Below are positions 11,079 to 21,171 of a stretch of 64,000 nucleotides of DNA, piece by piece. Positions within the stretch are counted from its first letter, which is position 1. Each line of letters begins with the position of its first letter. The notes under the pieces were generated by a model. That model ran no database searches. It worked only from the letters and a program-made list of their open reading frames with translations, and was not told where the DNA came from. The stretch is from an uncultured Actinomycetes bacterium. GTDB taxonomy: Bacteria > Actinomycetota > UBA4738 > HRBIN12. The position numbers and the translations under genes were made by a program. Where the stretch lies: positions 774,771-838,770 of the forward strand of contig CAVROD010000004.1 in assembly GCA_963722795.1 (NCBI GenBank), read 5' to 3'.

Positions 11079-12875
11079 TTGGCCGGACGCATCCGCGACG
11101 ACGACATCCAGGTGGTGAAGGAGCGCACCGATCTGGTGCAGCTCGCCTCGCAGTACCTCACGCTCAAGAAGGCGGGCGCCGACCGCATGGTGGGCCTGTG
11201 CCCCTTCCACCAGGAGAAGACCCCGTCCTTCGGCATCTCGCCGTCGAAGCAGCTCTACTACTGCCACGGGTGCGGGGCCGGCGGCGACGCGATCCGGTTC
11301 ATCCGCGAGCTCGAGCACCTGAGCTACGTCGAGGCCGTCGAACGGCTCGCCCAGCAGGCGGGTGTGCACCTGCGGTACGAGGGCGACTCGCCCGAAGCGC
11401 GGCAAGCGGCCGCCCGGCGTCAGGCGCTCTTCCGTGCCAACGAGCAGGCGGCCGAGCTGTACGCGCGCATGCTCGCCGAGGGCAAGGAAGCCGACGAGGC
11501 GCGGGCGTACGCGGCCGAGCGGGGCATCACGCCCGAGGCGATCGCCACGTTCGGCATCGGATACTCCCCGGGGTATGCCGACTTCCTGCTGCGGCGGCTG
11601 AGCCAGGCTCGCGACCTGAGCCCCGAGATCCTGCTCGAGGCGGGGCTCGCGACCCGCGGTGACGACGGCACGGTTCGCGACCGGTTCCGTGGGCGGCTGA
11701 TCTTCCCGATCCACGACCTGCAGGGCCATGGCATCGGGTTCGGCGCTCGCATCCTGCCGAGCGACCCCCGGGCGGGCGAGCAGGCGAAGTACCTCAACAC
11801 GGCCGAGACGCCCATCTACAAGAAGCACGAGGTGCTCTACAACCTGCACCGTGCCCGCACGGCGATCGCCAAGAGCGGCGAGGTGTTCGTGGTCGAGGGC
11901 TATACCGACGTCATCGCGTTCTCGCAGGCAGGCATCGAGCAGACGGTGGCCACGTGCGGCACCGCGTTGGGGGAGGGCCACTTCCGTCAGCTCTCGCGGT
12001 TCGCCGCCCGCGCCATCATGGCGTTCGACTCCGACGAGGCGGGGGCGCGGGCGGCCGAGCGGGCGGCCGAGTTCCAGGAGCGCTTCCCGTCGGTCGAGAC
12101 GGTCGTGATGATCATGCCCGACGGGCTCGACCCTGCGGAATTCGTGGCTGCGCACGGTGCCGACGGCGTTCGTGAGGCGGCCACAGGGGCCCGGCCGCTC
12201 GTGGAGTACATGGTGCGACGCACCATCGGACGCCACGACCTCTCGACGGTCGAGGGCCAGTCGCGGGCGGTCGCCGATGCGATGCCGATCATCGACTCGC
12301 TGACCGATCCGGTGCGCCGCAGCGAGTACGCACACCTCGTCGCCGATCTCGCCGGGGTGACCGAGTCCTCGGTCGTGCAGGCTGTCGACGCCCGTCGCCG
12401 CGGGCGCCCGTCCGACGTGGTCGTGGAGTCGCCCCGGCGCATGAGCGCCCGGGACAAGGTCGAGCGCGAGATGCTGAAGCTGCTCGTGCGTGACCGCACG
12501 GTCTACGACGAGTACGCAGGCCAGCTCACCGACGAGCATTTCCGCAGCGCCACCGCCCGCAAGGCGCTCGCGGCGCTGCGAGCGGCCGGAGGCGAGGCCA
12601 CCGTGGTCGGCGGCGGTGACGATGAGAAGCTCGGCGCGATGCTCAGCTCCCTCGCGGTCGAACCGCTCGACGGCGACGGTGGCCCCGATTTCGCCTTCTC
12701 GGTCTGGTCACGATTGCAGGAGTTCGTGCTGAAACAGCAGAGCGACGCCCTGCGCATGCAGCTCCAGAAGCTGAACCCCACCACCGATGAGACTTACGAT
12801 GAGCTGTTCGCCCGGCTGGTCGCGATCGACGGTGAGCTGCGACGCCTCCGCCAGGGCATCCGCAGCGCCGTGTGA
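11079..12875 (+). CDS. dnaG: DNA primase
   Basis: CPFH.EKTPSF..CHGC zinc finger, DRFRGR.IFPI, KYLN..ET, VEGY.D Toprim, D.DEAG. Confidence 0.97.
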   Translation: MAGRIRDDDIQVVKERTDLVQLASQYLTLKKAGADRMVGLCPFHQEKTPSFGISPSKQLYYCHGCGAGGDAIRFIRELEHLSYVEAVERLAQQAGVHLRYEGDSPEARQAAARRQALFRANEQAAELYARMLAEGKEADEARAYAAERGITPEAIATFGIGYSPGYADFLLRRLSQARDLSPEILLEAGLATRGDDGTVRDRFRGRLIFPIHDLQGHGIGFGARILPSDPRAGEQAKYLNTAETPIYKKHEVLYNLHRARTAIAKSGEVFVVEGYTDVIAFSQAGIEQTVATCGTALGEGHFRQLSRFAARAIMAFDSDEAGARAAERAAEFQERFPSVETVVMIMPDGLDPAEFVAAHGADGVREAATGARPLVEYMVRRTIGRHDLSTVEGQSRAVADAMPIIDSLTDPVRRSEYAHLVADLAGVTESSVVQAVDARRRGRPSDVVVESPRRMSARDKVEREMLKLLVRDRTVYDEYAGQLTDEHFRSATARKALAALRAAGGEATVVGGGDDEKLGAMLSSLAVEPLDGDGGPDFAFSVWSRLQEFVLKQQSDALRMQLQKLNPTTDETYDELFARLVAIDGELRRLRQGIRSAV

Positions 12876-13000
12876 TGGAACCCGCGCCTCCCGGGAGCCG
12901 TTCGACCGGGAAGGTCGCCGGGGTTCCTCGTTCCGTACACTGGGGTCGTCGTGCCGATGCCTGTGCCGAACCCCCATCCGAGCACTCCTGAGGAGATCAG

Positions 13001-14320
13001 TTGGCTGTTCCGGCCCGCGATGATGTCCCGCTGAGCCTCGACGAGGTCAAGGAAGCCATCACCGCCAAGGGGCGGGAGCGCGGCTTCGTCACGAGCGAGG
13101 ACCTGCTCGAGGCGGTGCCGGTCGACGACTTCACCCCCGAGCAGGTCGAGGAGTTCCTGACCCAGGTGGGCGATCACCTCACCGCCGAGGGCATCGAGGT
13201 GATCGAGGTCCCCGGCGAGGAGACCGACGCCGCGACCCAGGTGCGCATCGAGGTCGACCTGTTGAAGGCGCCGACCAACGACCCGGTGCGCATGTACCTG
13301 AAGGAGATCGGCAAGGTCCCGTTGCTCAACGCGCCCCAGGAGATCGACCTGGCGCGCCGCATCGAGGCCGGCGAGATGTCGACCGCGCTGCAGGTCCAGT
13401 TGCGTGACGAGGACGACCCCAAGGCCGATCCCCACGCGCTGAAGGTCTGCGTCACGAAGGTCTGGGAGATCCGCGATCACCAGCTCACGGCCTTCGGCAA
13501 GGTCGAGGGCATCGGCCGGGAGAAGATGGCGAAGAGCTACCGGCCGAAGACCGACGAGGAGCTGCAGGCCTGGCTGCACCGGGTCGAGCGTGACGGTCAG
13601 CTCGCCAAGCGCAAGCTCATCGAAGCCAACCTGCGGCTGGTGGTCTCGATCGCCAAGCGCTACGTCGGGCGCGGCATGCTCTTCCTCGACCTGATCCAGG
13701 AAGGCAACCTCGGCCTGATCCGCGCCGTCGAGAAGTTCGACTACGCCAAGGGCTTCAAGTTCTCCACGTACGCCACGTGGTGGATCCGACAGGCGATCAC
13801 GCGCGCGATCGCCGACCAGGCACGCACGATCCGCATCCCGGTGCACATGGTCGAGACCATCAACAAGCTCGTGCGCGTGCAGCGCCAGCTGCTGCAGGAC
13901 CTCGGCCGCGAGCCCACGCCCGACGAGATCGGCAAGATCATGGGCATCAGCGCCGAGAAGGTGCGCGAGATCCAGAAGGTCTCCCAGGAACCGGTGTCGC
14001 TCGAGACGCCCATCGGCGAGGAAGAGGACAGCCACCTCGGCGACTTCATCGAGGACGCCGACGCGGTCGTGCCGGTCGACGCCGCGAGCTTCATCTTGCT
14101 GCAGGAGCAGCTCGAGTCGGTATTGCACACCCTGAGCGAGCGCGAGAAGAAGGTCATCCAGCTGCGGTTCGGCTTGGTCGACGGCCATCCCCGCACCCTG
14201 GAGGAGGTCGGGCGCGAGTTCGGGGTCACCCGCGAGCGCATCCGACAGATCGAATCGAAGACGCTGTCGAAGCTGCGGCACCCCAGCCGCTCGCAGAAGC
14301 TCCGCGATTACCTCGAATAG
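13001..14320 (+). CDS. rpoD: Principal RNA polymerase sigma factor
   Basis: [64 protein letters not shown]; follows dnaG. Confidence 0.97.
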   Translation: MAVPARDDVPLSLDEVKEAITAKGRERGFVTSEDLLEAVPVDDFTPEQVEEFLTQVGDHLTAEGIEVIEVPGEETDAATQVRIEVDLLKAPTNDPVRMYLKEIGKVPLLNAPQEIDLARRIEAGEMSTALQVQLRDEDDPKADPHALKVCVTKVWEIRDHQLTAFGKVEGIGREKMAKSYRPKTDEELQAWLHRVERDGQLAKRKLIEANLRLVVSIAKRYVGRGMLFLDLIQEGNLGLIRAVEKFDYAKGFKFSTYATWWIRQAITRAIADQARTIRIPVHMVETINKLVRVQRQLLQDLGREPTPDEIGKIMGISAEKVREIQKVSQEPVSLETPIGEEEDSHLGDFIEDADAVVPVDAASFILLQEQLESVLHTLSEREKKVIQLRFGLVDGHPRTLEEVGREFGVTRERIRQIESKTLSKLRHPSRSQKLRDYLE

Positions 14321-14403
14321 GGTACGTACTCACCCTGCGACCACGGCCGATACCTCGATGCACGAAGGAACGGACCGACCGTTCCCGACCGAGGTGTCCG
14401 GAC

Positions 14404-14907
14404 ATGCTGGGTCGACACGATCTGCGAAGCGAGGAGGGGTTCACCCTCATCGAGCTGATGACGGTCGTGTTGATCCTCGGTGTCGTCATGGTGATGGGAC
14501 TGACGACCTTCCGTGGCTTCCGCGAGCGGGCGCTCGACACGGCCGCGAAGGAGAGCGCCGCGAGCGCGCTCGAGACCGGCCGCATCCTCTTCACCGATCA
14601 CGCCACCTACCGCGACGTGACGCCGGTCGAGCTCACCGCCGCCGAACCGTCGATGCGATTCGTCGACGAGGTCACGAACAGCAACGGCCCGAGCAACACG
14701 AGCACGTGGGTGCCCGACCGTGCCACCACCGGGCACATCTTCGTCGCCGCCGTCTACAGCGAGTCGGGACGCTGCTTCCTCGTGCGTGACTGGATCACCC
14801 TCGGCATCGGATTCGCCGTGCTCGAGGACGCGACGCCGGCCGAATGCACCGCCGACGTGGCCGGAACCCCGGCCGTCACGTTCGGCACCCGCTGGCCTGC
14901 GATCTGA
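14404..14907 (+). CDS. Type IV pilin-like protein
   Basis: EEG/FTLIELM prepilin cleavage-methylation motif, hydrophobic helix, C-terminal Cys pair. Confidence 0.85.
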   Translation: MLGRHDLRSEEGFTLIELMTVVLILGVVMVMGLTTFRGFRERALDTAAKESAASALETGRILFTDHATYRDVTPVELTAAEPSMRFVDEVTNSNGPSNTSTWVPDRATTGHIFVAAVYSESGRCFLVRDWITLGIGFAVLEDATPAECTADVAGTPAVTFGTRWPAI

Positions 14908-14922
14908 GCGTCGGAGGGGTCG

Positions 14923-15192
14923 TCAGTTCCAGGAAGCCTCGTCGAACGTCTCGCCCTCACCGAGCCGCGTGCGGATCGCGCCGCGCGCTCGCCGGATCGC
15001 CTCGAGGCTGCGCACGCTCGCCCGGTCGGCCAGCCGCTGTGCCTGCCCCGTGACGAGCTGCAAGCCGGGGGAGGCGGTCGTGGCGCGCTGTGGCCCGCGC
15101 ACGACCTCGGGGTCGTCCCGGTGCATCTTCTGCGAGATGGAGTAGCCGATGCCGATGCCGGTGGCGACGAGCACCAGCGAGCGGAGCTTCAT
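14923..15192 (-). CDS. Small membrane-anchored hypothetical protein
   Basis: MKLRSLVLVATGIGIGY, AGGAAGGA RBS upstream. Confidence 0.7.
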   Translation of the reverse strand: MKLRSLVLVATGIGIGYSISQKMHRDDPEVVRGPQRATTASPGLQLVTGQAQRLADRASVRSLEAIRRARGAIRTRLGEGETFDEASWN

Positions 15193-15309
15193 GTCACGGT
15201 CCTTCCTGACGATGGATGCATGGGATGTGCGCGACAGCCTACCGTCGCCGACGAGGGCCGGCGTCCGGGGTCCGAGAGGGCCACTGGTAGACTGCCCGAC
15301 GCTCCACAT

Positions 15310-15382
15310 TCCGGGGTAGCTCAACCGGCAGAGCGGCGGACTGTTAATCCGTAGGTTGTGGGTTCGAGTCCCACCCCCGGAG
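15310..15382 (+). tRNA. tRNA-Asn (GTT)
   Basis: Cloverleaf TCCGGGG/CCCCGGA, anticodon loop CT-GTT-AA, GGTTCGAGTCC T-arm; TAGACT -10 upstream. Confidence 0.97.
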
Positions 15383-15797
15383 CTTGCGAAATGGAGAATG
15401 CGCAGACGACGTGTCCACACTGCAACTCATCGAAGGGGCTCGGGACTTCCCGTCACCCCCCGCAAGGGTACGAGGGGCCGTGGCCTCCGTCGTGGTGGGG
15501 CTTATGAGGTGACCTTGATAGAACAGTTTTCCGTTCACGAGAATCCGGCCTGGAGGAACGGGCAGACTTCATAATCAACGCCCCTCTACGTGAGCCCGGC
15601 ACGCCGGGCACCCAGGTGGAGTTCCTGGGTGAGGTCGATGGCTCGTTCTGCCTGCGCGTGGGCATCGATCGCCGGGGTGGCGGCCGCCGAGGACCCCCGC
15701 TATTCCGCCCTGGTGCACCGTCGTCCACCGGGCGCGAAGACGTGGACCGCGTCGGAGGTGTGGTTGGGCAACTCGTGCGAGAGCGAACCCGAGCGAC

Positions 15798-17105
15798 TCA
15801 GGAGGGCGACCAGGTGACGAACACGCCGGGCCCGATCGCGACCGGGTCGCCGCCGACTTCCTGCACGACGATCTGCCCGGCGCCGTCAGGGCCCTCCGAG
15901 GCGTACGCGAACGCCGATCCGTCGGGCGCCCACGGCGTGGTGCTCAGCGCGTACTGGGTGAAGAACGGCGCGTAGTCGCGCAGCACCTCGATCGTGGGGG
16001 AGTGTCGACCGGCGACCTCGCTCGCGCGTCCACCGCTCCAGACCTGCCACAGGAAGGGGATCGTGCCGGGCGCCTCGGGCTCGGGCGCGAGGGCGAGCAA
16101 CCGTTCGCCGTCGGGGCTCCACCAGAAGGTCATGGCCCGGATCGACGTGGCTCGGCGCGTGACGCCGGTGCGCACGTCGACGACGCGCACGCCGTCGCCG
16201 GGCTGGGTCGCGCGCCGGTCGTAGAGGTCGTCGTCGTCGCGGCCCAGCAGCTGGTAGGCGACCGCCTCGCCGTCGGGTCGCAGCACGAACGAGATCGCGC
16301 CCTTGCCCTGCACCAGCAACCTCGGCGGTCCGCCGTCGACGACCGCCACGAGGCGCTGGGTGCCGCTGGCGCCGCGCTCGGCGTACACGACCGTGCGTCC
16401 GTCGGCGCTCCATGCGGGGGTCGCGAACAGCCCCGGACGCGGCGTGACCGCCGTGGTGCGCCCGGCGAGGTCGACCTCTTCAAGGCGGTCGAAGCCCGTG
16501 TGCGCCAGCACCCGCCGCCCGTCGGGCGCCCACGCGAAGTAGAAGAACGGCGAGCCGCCGGCGACCGCGGTCGCGCGAGCGGGCTCGCGCGTGAGGTCGA
16601 GCACCCCCATCTGCACGGGGGCCGCGGGGTCGCCGCCGGCTCCGAGGAAGGCCACCCGGTCGCCCGGCGGCGCCCACGAGAGGTAGTACGGCATGAACGG
16701 GGTGCGGGTGATCGAGACGTTTTGGCCGCGAGGGCCCGCGACTGCGATCGCGCCACCGACGCCGGTGTCGCTCGTGCGCTGTACGACCCAGGCGAGCCGG
16801 TCACCGCCCGGCGACCACGTCGGCTGCAGCGCAGGCCCGCCGAGCGCGGGCATGTCGACGCGCCCAGAGCCGTCGGGCTGCATCGTCGCGAGCCGCCCGT
16901 CGACGCCCACCACCGCGAGACGGCCCGGCGCCGCGACCGTGCCCGTGGGGGGCGCGTCGGTGGGGTCGGGTGTCGGTGAGGCCGGACCGTCGACCGGCGT
17001 CGCGCGCGGCTCGTCGCTGCCGCCGATCGTGATCGAACAGGCAGCGAGCGCCAGCGCGAGCGCGAACCCGACGGTGGGACCGATGGGCGGGTGCCGGTTC
17101 GTCAT
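15798..17105 (-). CDS. TolB-like (PD40) beta-propeller lipoprotein
   Basis: LAAC lipobox; repeated WSPGG/WAPDG/WSADG/WSPDG. Confidence 0.85.
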   Translation of the reverse strand: MTNRHPPIGPTVGFALALALAACSITIGGSDEPRATPVDGPASPTPDPTDAPPTGTVAAPGRLAVVGVDGRLATMQPDGSGRVDMPALGGPALQPTWSPGGDRLAWVVQRTSDTGVGGAIAVAGPRGQNVSITRTPFMPYYLSWAPPGDRVAFLGAGGDPAAPVQMGVLDLTREPARATAVAGGSPFFYFAWAPDGRRVLAHTGFDRLEEVDLAGRTTAVTPRPGLFATPAWSADGRTVVYAERGASGTQRLVAVVDGGPPRLLVQGKGAISFVLRPDGEAVAYQLLGRDDDDLYDRRATQPGDGVRVVDVRTGVTRRATSIRAMTFWWSPDGERLLALAPEPEAPGTIPFLWQVWSGGRASEVAGRHSPTIEVLRDYAPFFTQYALSTTPWAPDGSAFAYASEGPDGAGQIVVQEVGGDPVAIGPGVFVTWSPS

Positions 17106-17272
17106 CGCAGCCAACCGTACCCCACGCCTCGCACATGGGCGGCGGACCGGCTCCCGCACGGGCGAACCATCGGCACCGTGCGACGGTTCCCCGGCCCGGA
17201 GGAGTTGTGTACGGTGCTCGGGATGGACGAGACCCCCCTTCGGCACCGCTCGCCGCTCTGGATGGCAGGCCA

Positions 17273-20200
17273 ATGGTGATGCAGCAGACGGTGCGAGGCA
17301 GCCTGCAGCCGTACCTGCCTCGGCTGACCCTCGAGTGGCTGGCGAACGACCCGCGCGCGCTGCACCGCACGGTCGACGGCTCGGTCGTGTTCGTCGACAT
17401 CTCCGGGTTCACGAAGCTCTCGGAGAAGCTGGCGAAGCTCGGTCGCGTCGGCGCCGAAGAGATGGCCGACGCGATCAACACCTGCTTCGCCGATCTGCTC
17501 GGCGTCGCCTACGTCGAGGACGGCATGCTGCTGAAGTTCGGCGGCGACGCGCTCATGCTGCTGTTCAGCGACGACGACCCGGCGGAGCACGCCGCACGGG
17601 CGGCCCGAGCCGCGCACGGCATGCGAAAGAGGCTCCGCACGGTCGGCAAGCTCGAGACCGCCGGCGGCAAGGTGAACCTGCGCATGTCGGTCGGTGTGCA
17701 CTCCGGCACGTTCGACTTCTTCCTGGTCGGCGGCTCGCACCGCGAACTGATCGTGACGGGACCCGCGGCCACACAGGTCGTGACGATGGAAGGCACCGCC
17801 GACGCGGGCGAGATCGTGGTGAGTCCTGCGCTCGCCGAACGGCTGCCCCGGGGGTGCGTGGGCGATGCCAAGGGAACCGGCTTCTTCCTGCGGTCGGCGC
17901 CCGCGGGCGAACCCCCTTCGGCCGTCTGGGCGCTGCCCGAGGTCTCCGACGACCTCATGCTCGGCAGCGTGCCCGTCGCGACCCGGGAGCACCTGCTCGC
18001 GGGCATCACGGAGCCCGAGCACCGGCAGGCGTCGGTGGCGTTCATCCACTTCGACGGCACCGACGAGATGATCGCCCGGGAGGGGCCACGGTGGGTCGCG
18101 GCGGAGCTCGACCGGCTCGTGCGCGACACGCAGGACGCGGTGGACGAGTTCGGGGTCAGCTTCCTCGCCTCCGACGTGGACGCAGACGGCGGCAAGCTCA
18201 TCCTGGCCGCGGGGGTGCCTCGGGCCACCGGCGACGACGAGGAGCGCATGCTGCTCGCCTTGCGACGCGTGATCGAAGGAGAGCGGGCGATCCCGGTTCG
18301 CATCGGGGTGAATCGCGGCAGCGTGTTCTCCGGTGACATCGGCCCTCCGTACCGTCGCACCTACACCGTGATGGGCGACACCGTGAACCTGGCGGCTCGG
18401 CTGATGGCGAAGGCATCTCGCGGCGAGATCTACGCCACGGAGACGGTGCTCGAGCGCTCATCGACCCGGTTCGTGTCGACCGAGCTCGAGCCGTTCACCG
18501 TCAAAGGGAAGGCCAAGCCCGTGCAGGCATGGTCGCTCGGTGCGCCTGAGCGCGGCGCATCCCGCGAGGATCTGGCCGCGAACCTGCCGTTGATCGGCCG
18601 GAGCGACGAGATCGAGGCGCTGCGGGGCGCGCTGACCCGGGCGTGGGCCGGGCAGGTCACGCTCGTCGAGGTGGTCGGCGAGCCCGGCATCGGGAAGTCC
18701 CGGATGCTTCGGCAGCTGCATGAGGACGCCGGCGGCTGCGAACGGATCCGAGCCACGTGCGAGGCCTACACCAGTTCCACGACGTACGCGCTGTGGCGGG
18801 AACTGCTGCGTGAGTTGCTCGGGCTGGGGTGGGAAGACCCCGATCACCTCGTGATCGACCACGTCACCGGCGAGCTGCAGGAACGAGCTCCCGACCTGCT
18901 GCCCTGGCTGCCGCTGATCGTGCTCCCGTTCGACGCAGAGGTGCCGACCAGCACCCCCGAGGTGGAAGCGCTCGCCGAGACGAACCGGCGCGCGAAGCTG
19001 CACGAGGTCATGACGTCGTTGCTCGAGCGGCTTCTTCCGGTGCATACGCTGGTGGAGATCGAGGACGCCCACCACATGGACGAGGCGTCGGCTGAACTGC
19101 TCAACCATGTCGCGGAACGGGCTGGCGAGCGCCCGTGGCTGTTCGCGGTCTCGCGTCGCGCCGCGACCGACACCGGGTTCCGGGCACCCGAGCGTGAGGG
19201 TGTGCTCCGGCTCGAGGTCGGGCCGCTCTCCGAGCCCGCCACGGTCGTGTTGGCGCAGGCGGCCACGGTCGACGCGCCGTTGCTGCCGCACGACCTGCAG
19301 GTCGTCGTCGACCGTTCGGGCGGGAACCCGCAGTTCCTGCTCGACCTCGTCGCGGCGTTGGCCGCCGGCACGGTGCTTCCCGACTCCGTGGAATCGGCCG
19401 CGACGGCGCGTATCGATCGGCTCTCGGTCACCGACCGCGCGCTCGTGCGCCGCGCCTCCATCCTGGGGCTCAGCTTCCATTCCCGGTTCCTGGAGGACGT
19501 GCTGGAGGCCGACGCGCCGGCGCCGGACGATCGCACCTGGGAACGGCTGTCCGAGTTCTTCGAGCGCGAAGGTGATGGGTACCATCGCTTCCGCCGAGCG
19601 GTCGTTCGCGAGGCGGCGTACGGCGGCCTGCCCTTCCGCACTCGCAAGGCGCTGCACGAGGTGGTCGCCGAGCGCCTCGAGCGCGAGGTCGACGACGCCG
19701 ACGAGGCGGCGGGGCTGCTCTCGCTGCACTTCAGCCTGGGCGGTCGGTACGAGAAAGCATGGCCGTACGCGCGAACGGCCGCCCGCAAAGCGCAAGAGCG
19801 GTACGCGAACGAGGAAGCGGCCCAGCTCTACCAACGCGCGATCGACGCCGGACGGCGGTTGGCCGAGGTGAGCGCGCTGGACCTCGCGAACGTCTATGCA
19901 TCGATGAGCGACGCGCTGCTGCGAGCCGGGCAGATCCGCAAGGCCGCCGCAGCCAACACCACTGCACGCAGGCTCAGCAAGGACGAGCCTTTCGTGCAGG
20001 CGCACCTGCTTTTCGAGCGATCACGCATCGAGGAGCGCCTGGGGCGCTACCCCCAGTCGCTGGGGTGGGCGACCAAGGCGCGCCGGAGGCTCGAGGACCT
20101 CGATCACCCGAAAGCGGCGACGGAGCTGGCACAGCTCACGACCTGGTACGCGATGCTGCTGCAAGCCGAGGGGCGCTCGCGAGCCGCGATCGAATGGGCG

Positions 20201-21115
20201 GAACGAGCGATCGCACACGCTGAGGCGATCGACGATCGAAAGGCGCTCGGGCTCGCCTACAGCGTGCTCGATTGGGCCAAACTCACGCTGGGCGAATCCA
20301 CCGGTGGGCGGTACTGGCGTCAGGCGCTCGAACTCGCCGAGGAGACGGGCGATCTCGAGCGCCAGGCTCACGTGCTCAACAGCCTGGGCTACGCCGCCTT
20401 CTACGAGGGTCGGTGGGACGAAGCGATGGACTACTACGACCGTGCTCGCGCCACCTTCGAGAAGATCGGCGATCTCGTGACCGCCGAAGCCGTCGCGGGC
20501 AACATCGCCGAGATCCTCGTGGAACGCGGACGCTACGACGAGGCCGACGCGATGCTGCGGCACTCCTTGCGCGTCTGGCGCGCGTCGGAGTACCGATACT
20601 TCCTCGCCGGTTGCCTGAGCGATCTGGGGCGCGTCTCGGCGAGGACCGAGCGCTTCGACGAGGCCCTCGAGATGCTCGAGGAGGCGCTTGCCCTGTTCGC
20701 GGATGTCGGCGCGGAGGAAGAGGTCGTCGACGTCGTGGCTCGAACCGCGGAATGCCACATGCTGATGGGCGATGGCGAAGGCGCCTTGCGGCTCGTGGAC
20801 GATGCTCGCGCCCGTATGCAGGGCACCGAGGCGGCGACGTTGTCGACCGCCCTGGTCGGCCGCATCACGGGGTACTCGCTGATGATGACAGGAGAGCTGG
20901 CGGAGGCCGGCGAAGCGCTCGAGCGCAGCCTCGCGGCCGCGCGCGAGCAAAGGCTCGAGCACGAGGTCGCCGCGACGCTGCACGCCACGATCCGCCACGC
21001 CCGCATGCAGGGTGCTGCCCCGCCGCAGGGGGCCGCCGACGAGCGCGACGAGATCCTGCGGCGACTCGACATCCCGGCGTTGGTCGAGCCGCCGCTCAGC
21101 GCAGGAGGGTCCTGA
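17273..21115 (+). CDS. Class III nucleotidyl cyclase (two cyclase domains) fused to STAND/AAA ATPase and TPR repeats
   Basis: FVDISGFT and KFGGD in domain 1; YTVMGDTVNLAARL in domain 2; GEPGIGKS Walker A, IEDAH Walker B, GGNP.FL; TPR-like C-terminus. Confidence 0.9.
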   Translation: MVMQQTVRGSLQPYLPRLTLEWLANDPRALHRTVDGSVVFVDISGFTKLSEKLAKLGRVGAEEMADAINTCFADLLGVAYVEDGMLLKFGGDALMLLFSDDDPAEHAARAARAAHGMRKRLRTVGKLETAGGKVNLRMSVGVHSGTFDFFLVGGSHRELIVTGPAATQVVTMEGTADAGEIVVSPALAERLPRGCVGDAKGTGFFLRSAPAGEPPSAVWALPEVSDDLMLGSVPVATREHLLAGITEPEHRQASVAFIHFDGTDEMIAREGPRWVAAELDRLVRDTQDAVDEFGVSFLASDVDADGGKLILAAGVPRATGDDEERMLLALRRVIEGERAIPVRIGVNRGSVFSGDIGPPYRRTYTVMGDTVNLAARLMAKASRGEIYATETVLERSSTRFVSTELEPFTVKGKAKPVQAWSLGAPERGASREDLAANLPLIGRSDEIEALRGALTRAWAGQVTLVEVVGEPGIGKSRMLRQLHEDAGGCERIRATCEAYTSSTTYALWRELLRELLGLGWEDPDHLVIDHVTGELQERAPDLLPWLPLIVLPFDAEVPTSTPEVEALAETNRRAKLHEVMTSLLERLLPVHTLVEIEDAHHMDEASAELLNHVAERAGERPWLFAVSRRAATDTGFRAPEREGVLRLEVGPLSEPATVVLAQAATVDAPLLPHDLQVVVDRSGGNPQFLLDLVAALAAGTVLPDSVESAATARIDRLSVTDRALVRRASILGLSFHSRFLEDVLEADAPAPDDRTWERLSEFFEREGDGYHRFRRAVVREAAYGGLPFRTRKALHEVVAERLEREVDDADEAAGLLSLHFSLGGRYEKAWPYARTAARKAQERYANEEAAQLYQRAIDAGRRLAEVSALDLANVYASMSDALLRAGQIRKAAAANTTARRLSKDEPFVQAHLLFERSRIEERLGRYPQSLGWATKARRRLEDLDHPKAATELAQLTTWYAMLLQAEGRSRAAIEWAERAIAHAEAIDDRKALGLAYSVLDWAKLTLGESTGGRYWRQALELAEETGDLERQAHVLNSLGYAAFYEGRWDEAMDYYDRARATFEKIGDLVTAEAVAGNIAEILVERGRYDEADAMLRHSLRVWRASEYRYFLAGCLSDLGRVSARTERFDEALEMLEEALALFADVGAEEEVVDVVARTAECHMLMGDGEGALRLVDDARARMQGTEAATLSTALVGRITGYSLMMTGELAEAGEALERSLAAAREQRLEHEVAATLHATIRHARMQGAAPPQGAADERDEILRRLDIPALVEPPLSAGGS

Positions 21116-21120
21116 GATGC

Positions 21121-21151
21121 AAGGACGGGCGGCCGATGGCCGCCCGTCCTT
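21121..21151. terminator. Perfect hairpin between convergent genes (bidirectional terminator)
   Basis: AAGGACGGGCGGCC-GAT-GGCCGCCCGTCCTT. Confidence 0.75.
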
Positions 21152-21171
21152 CGGTGTCGGATCCGTTCCTG

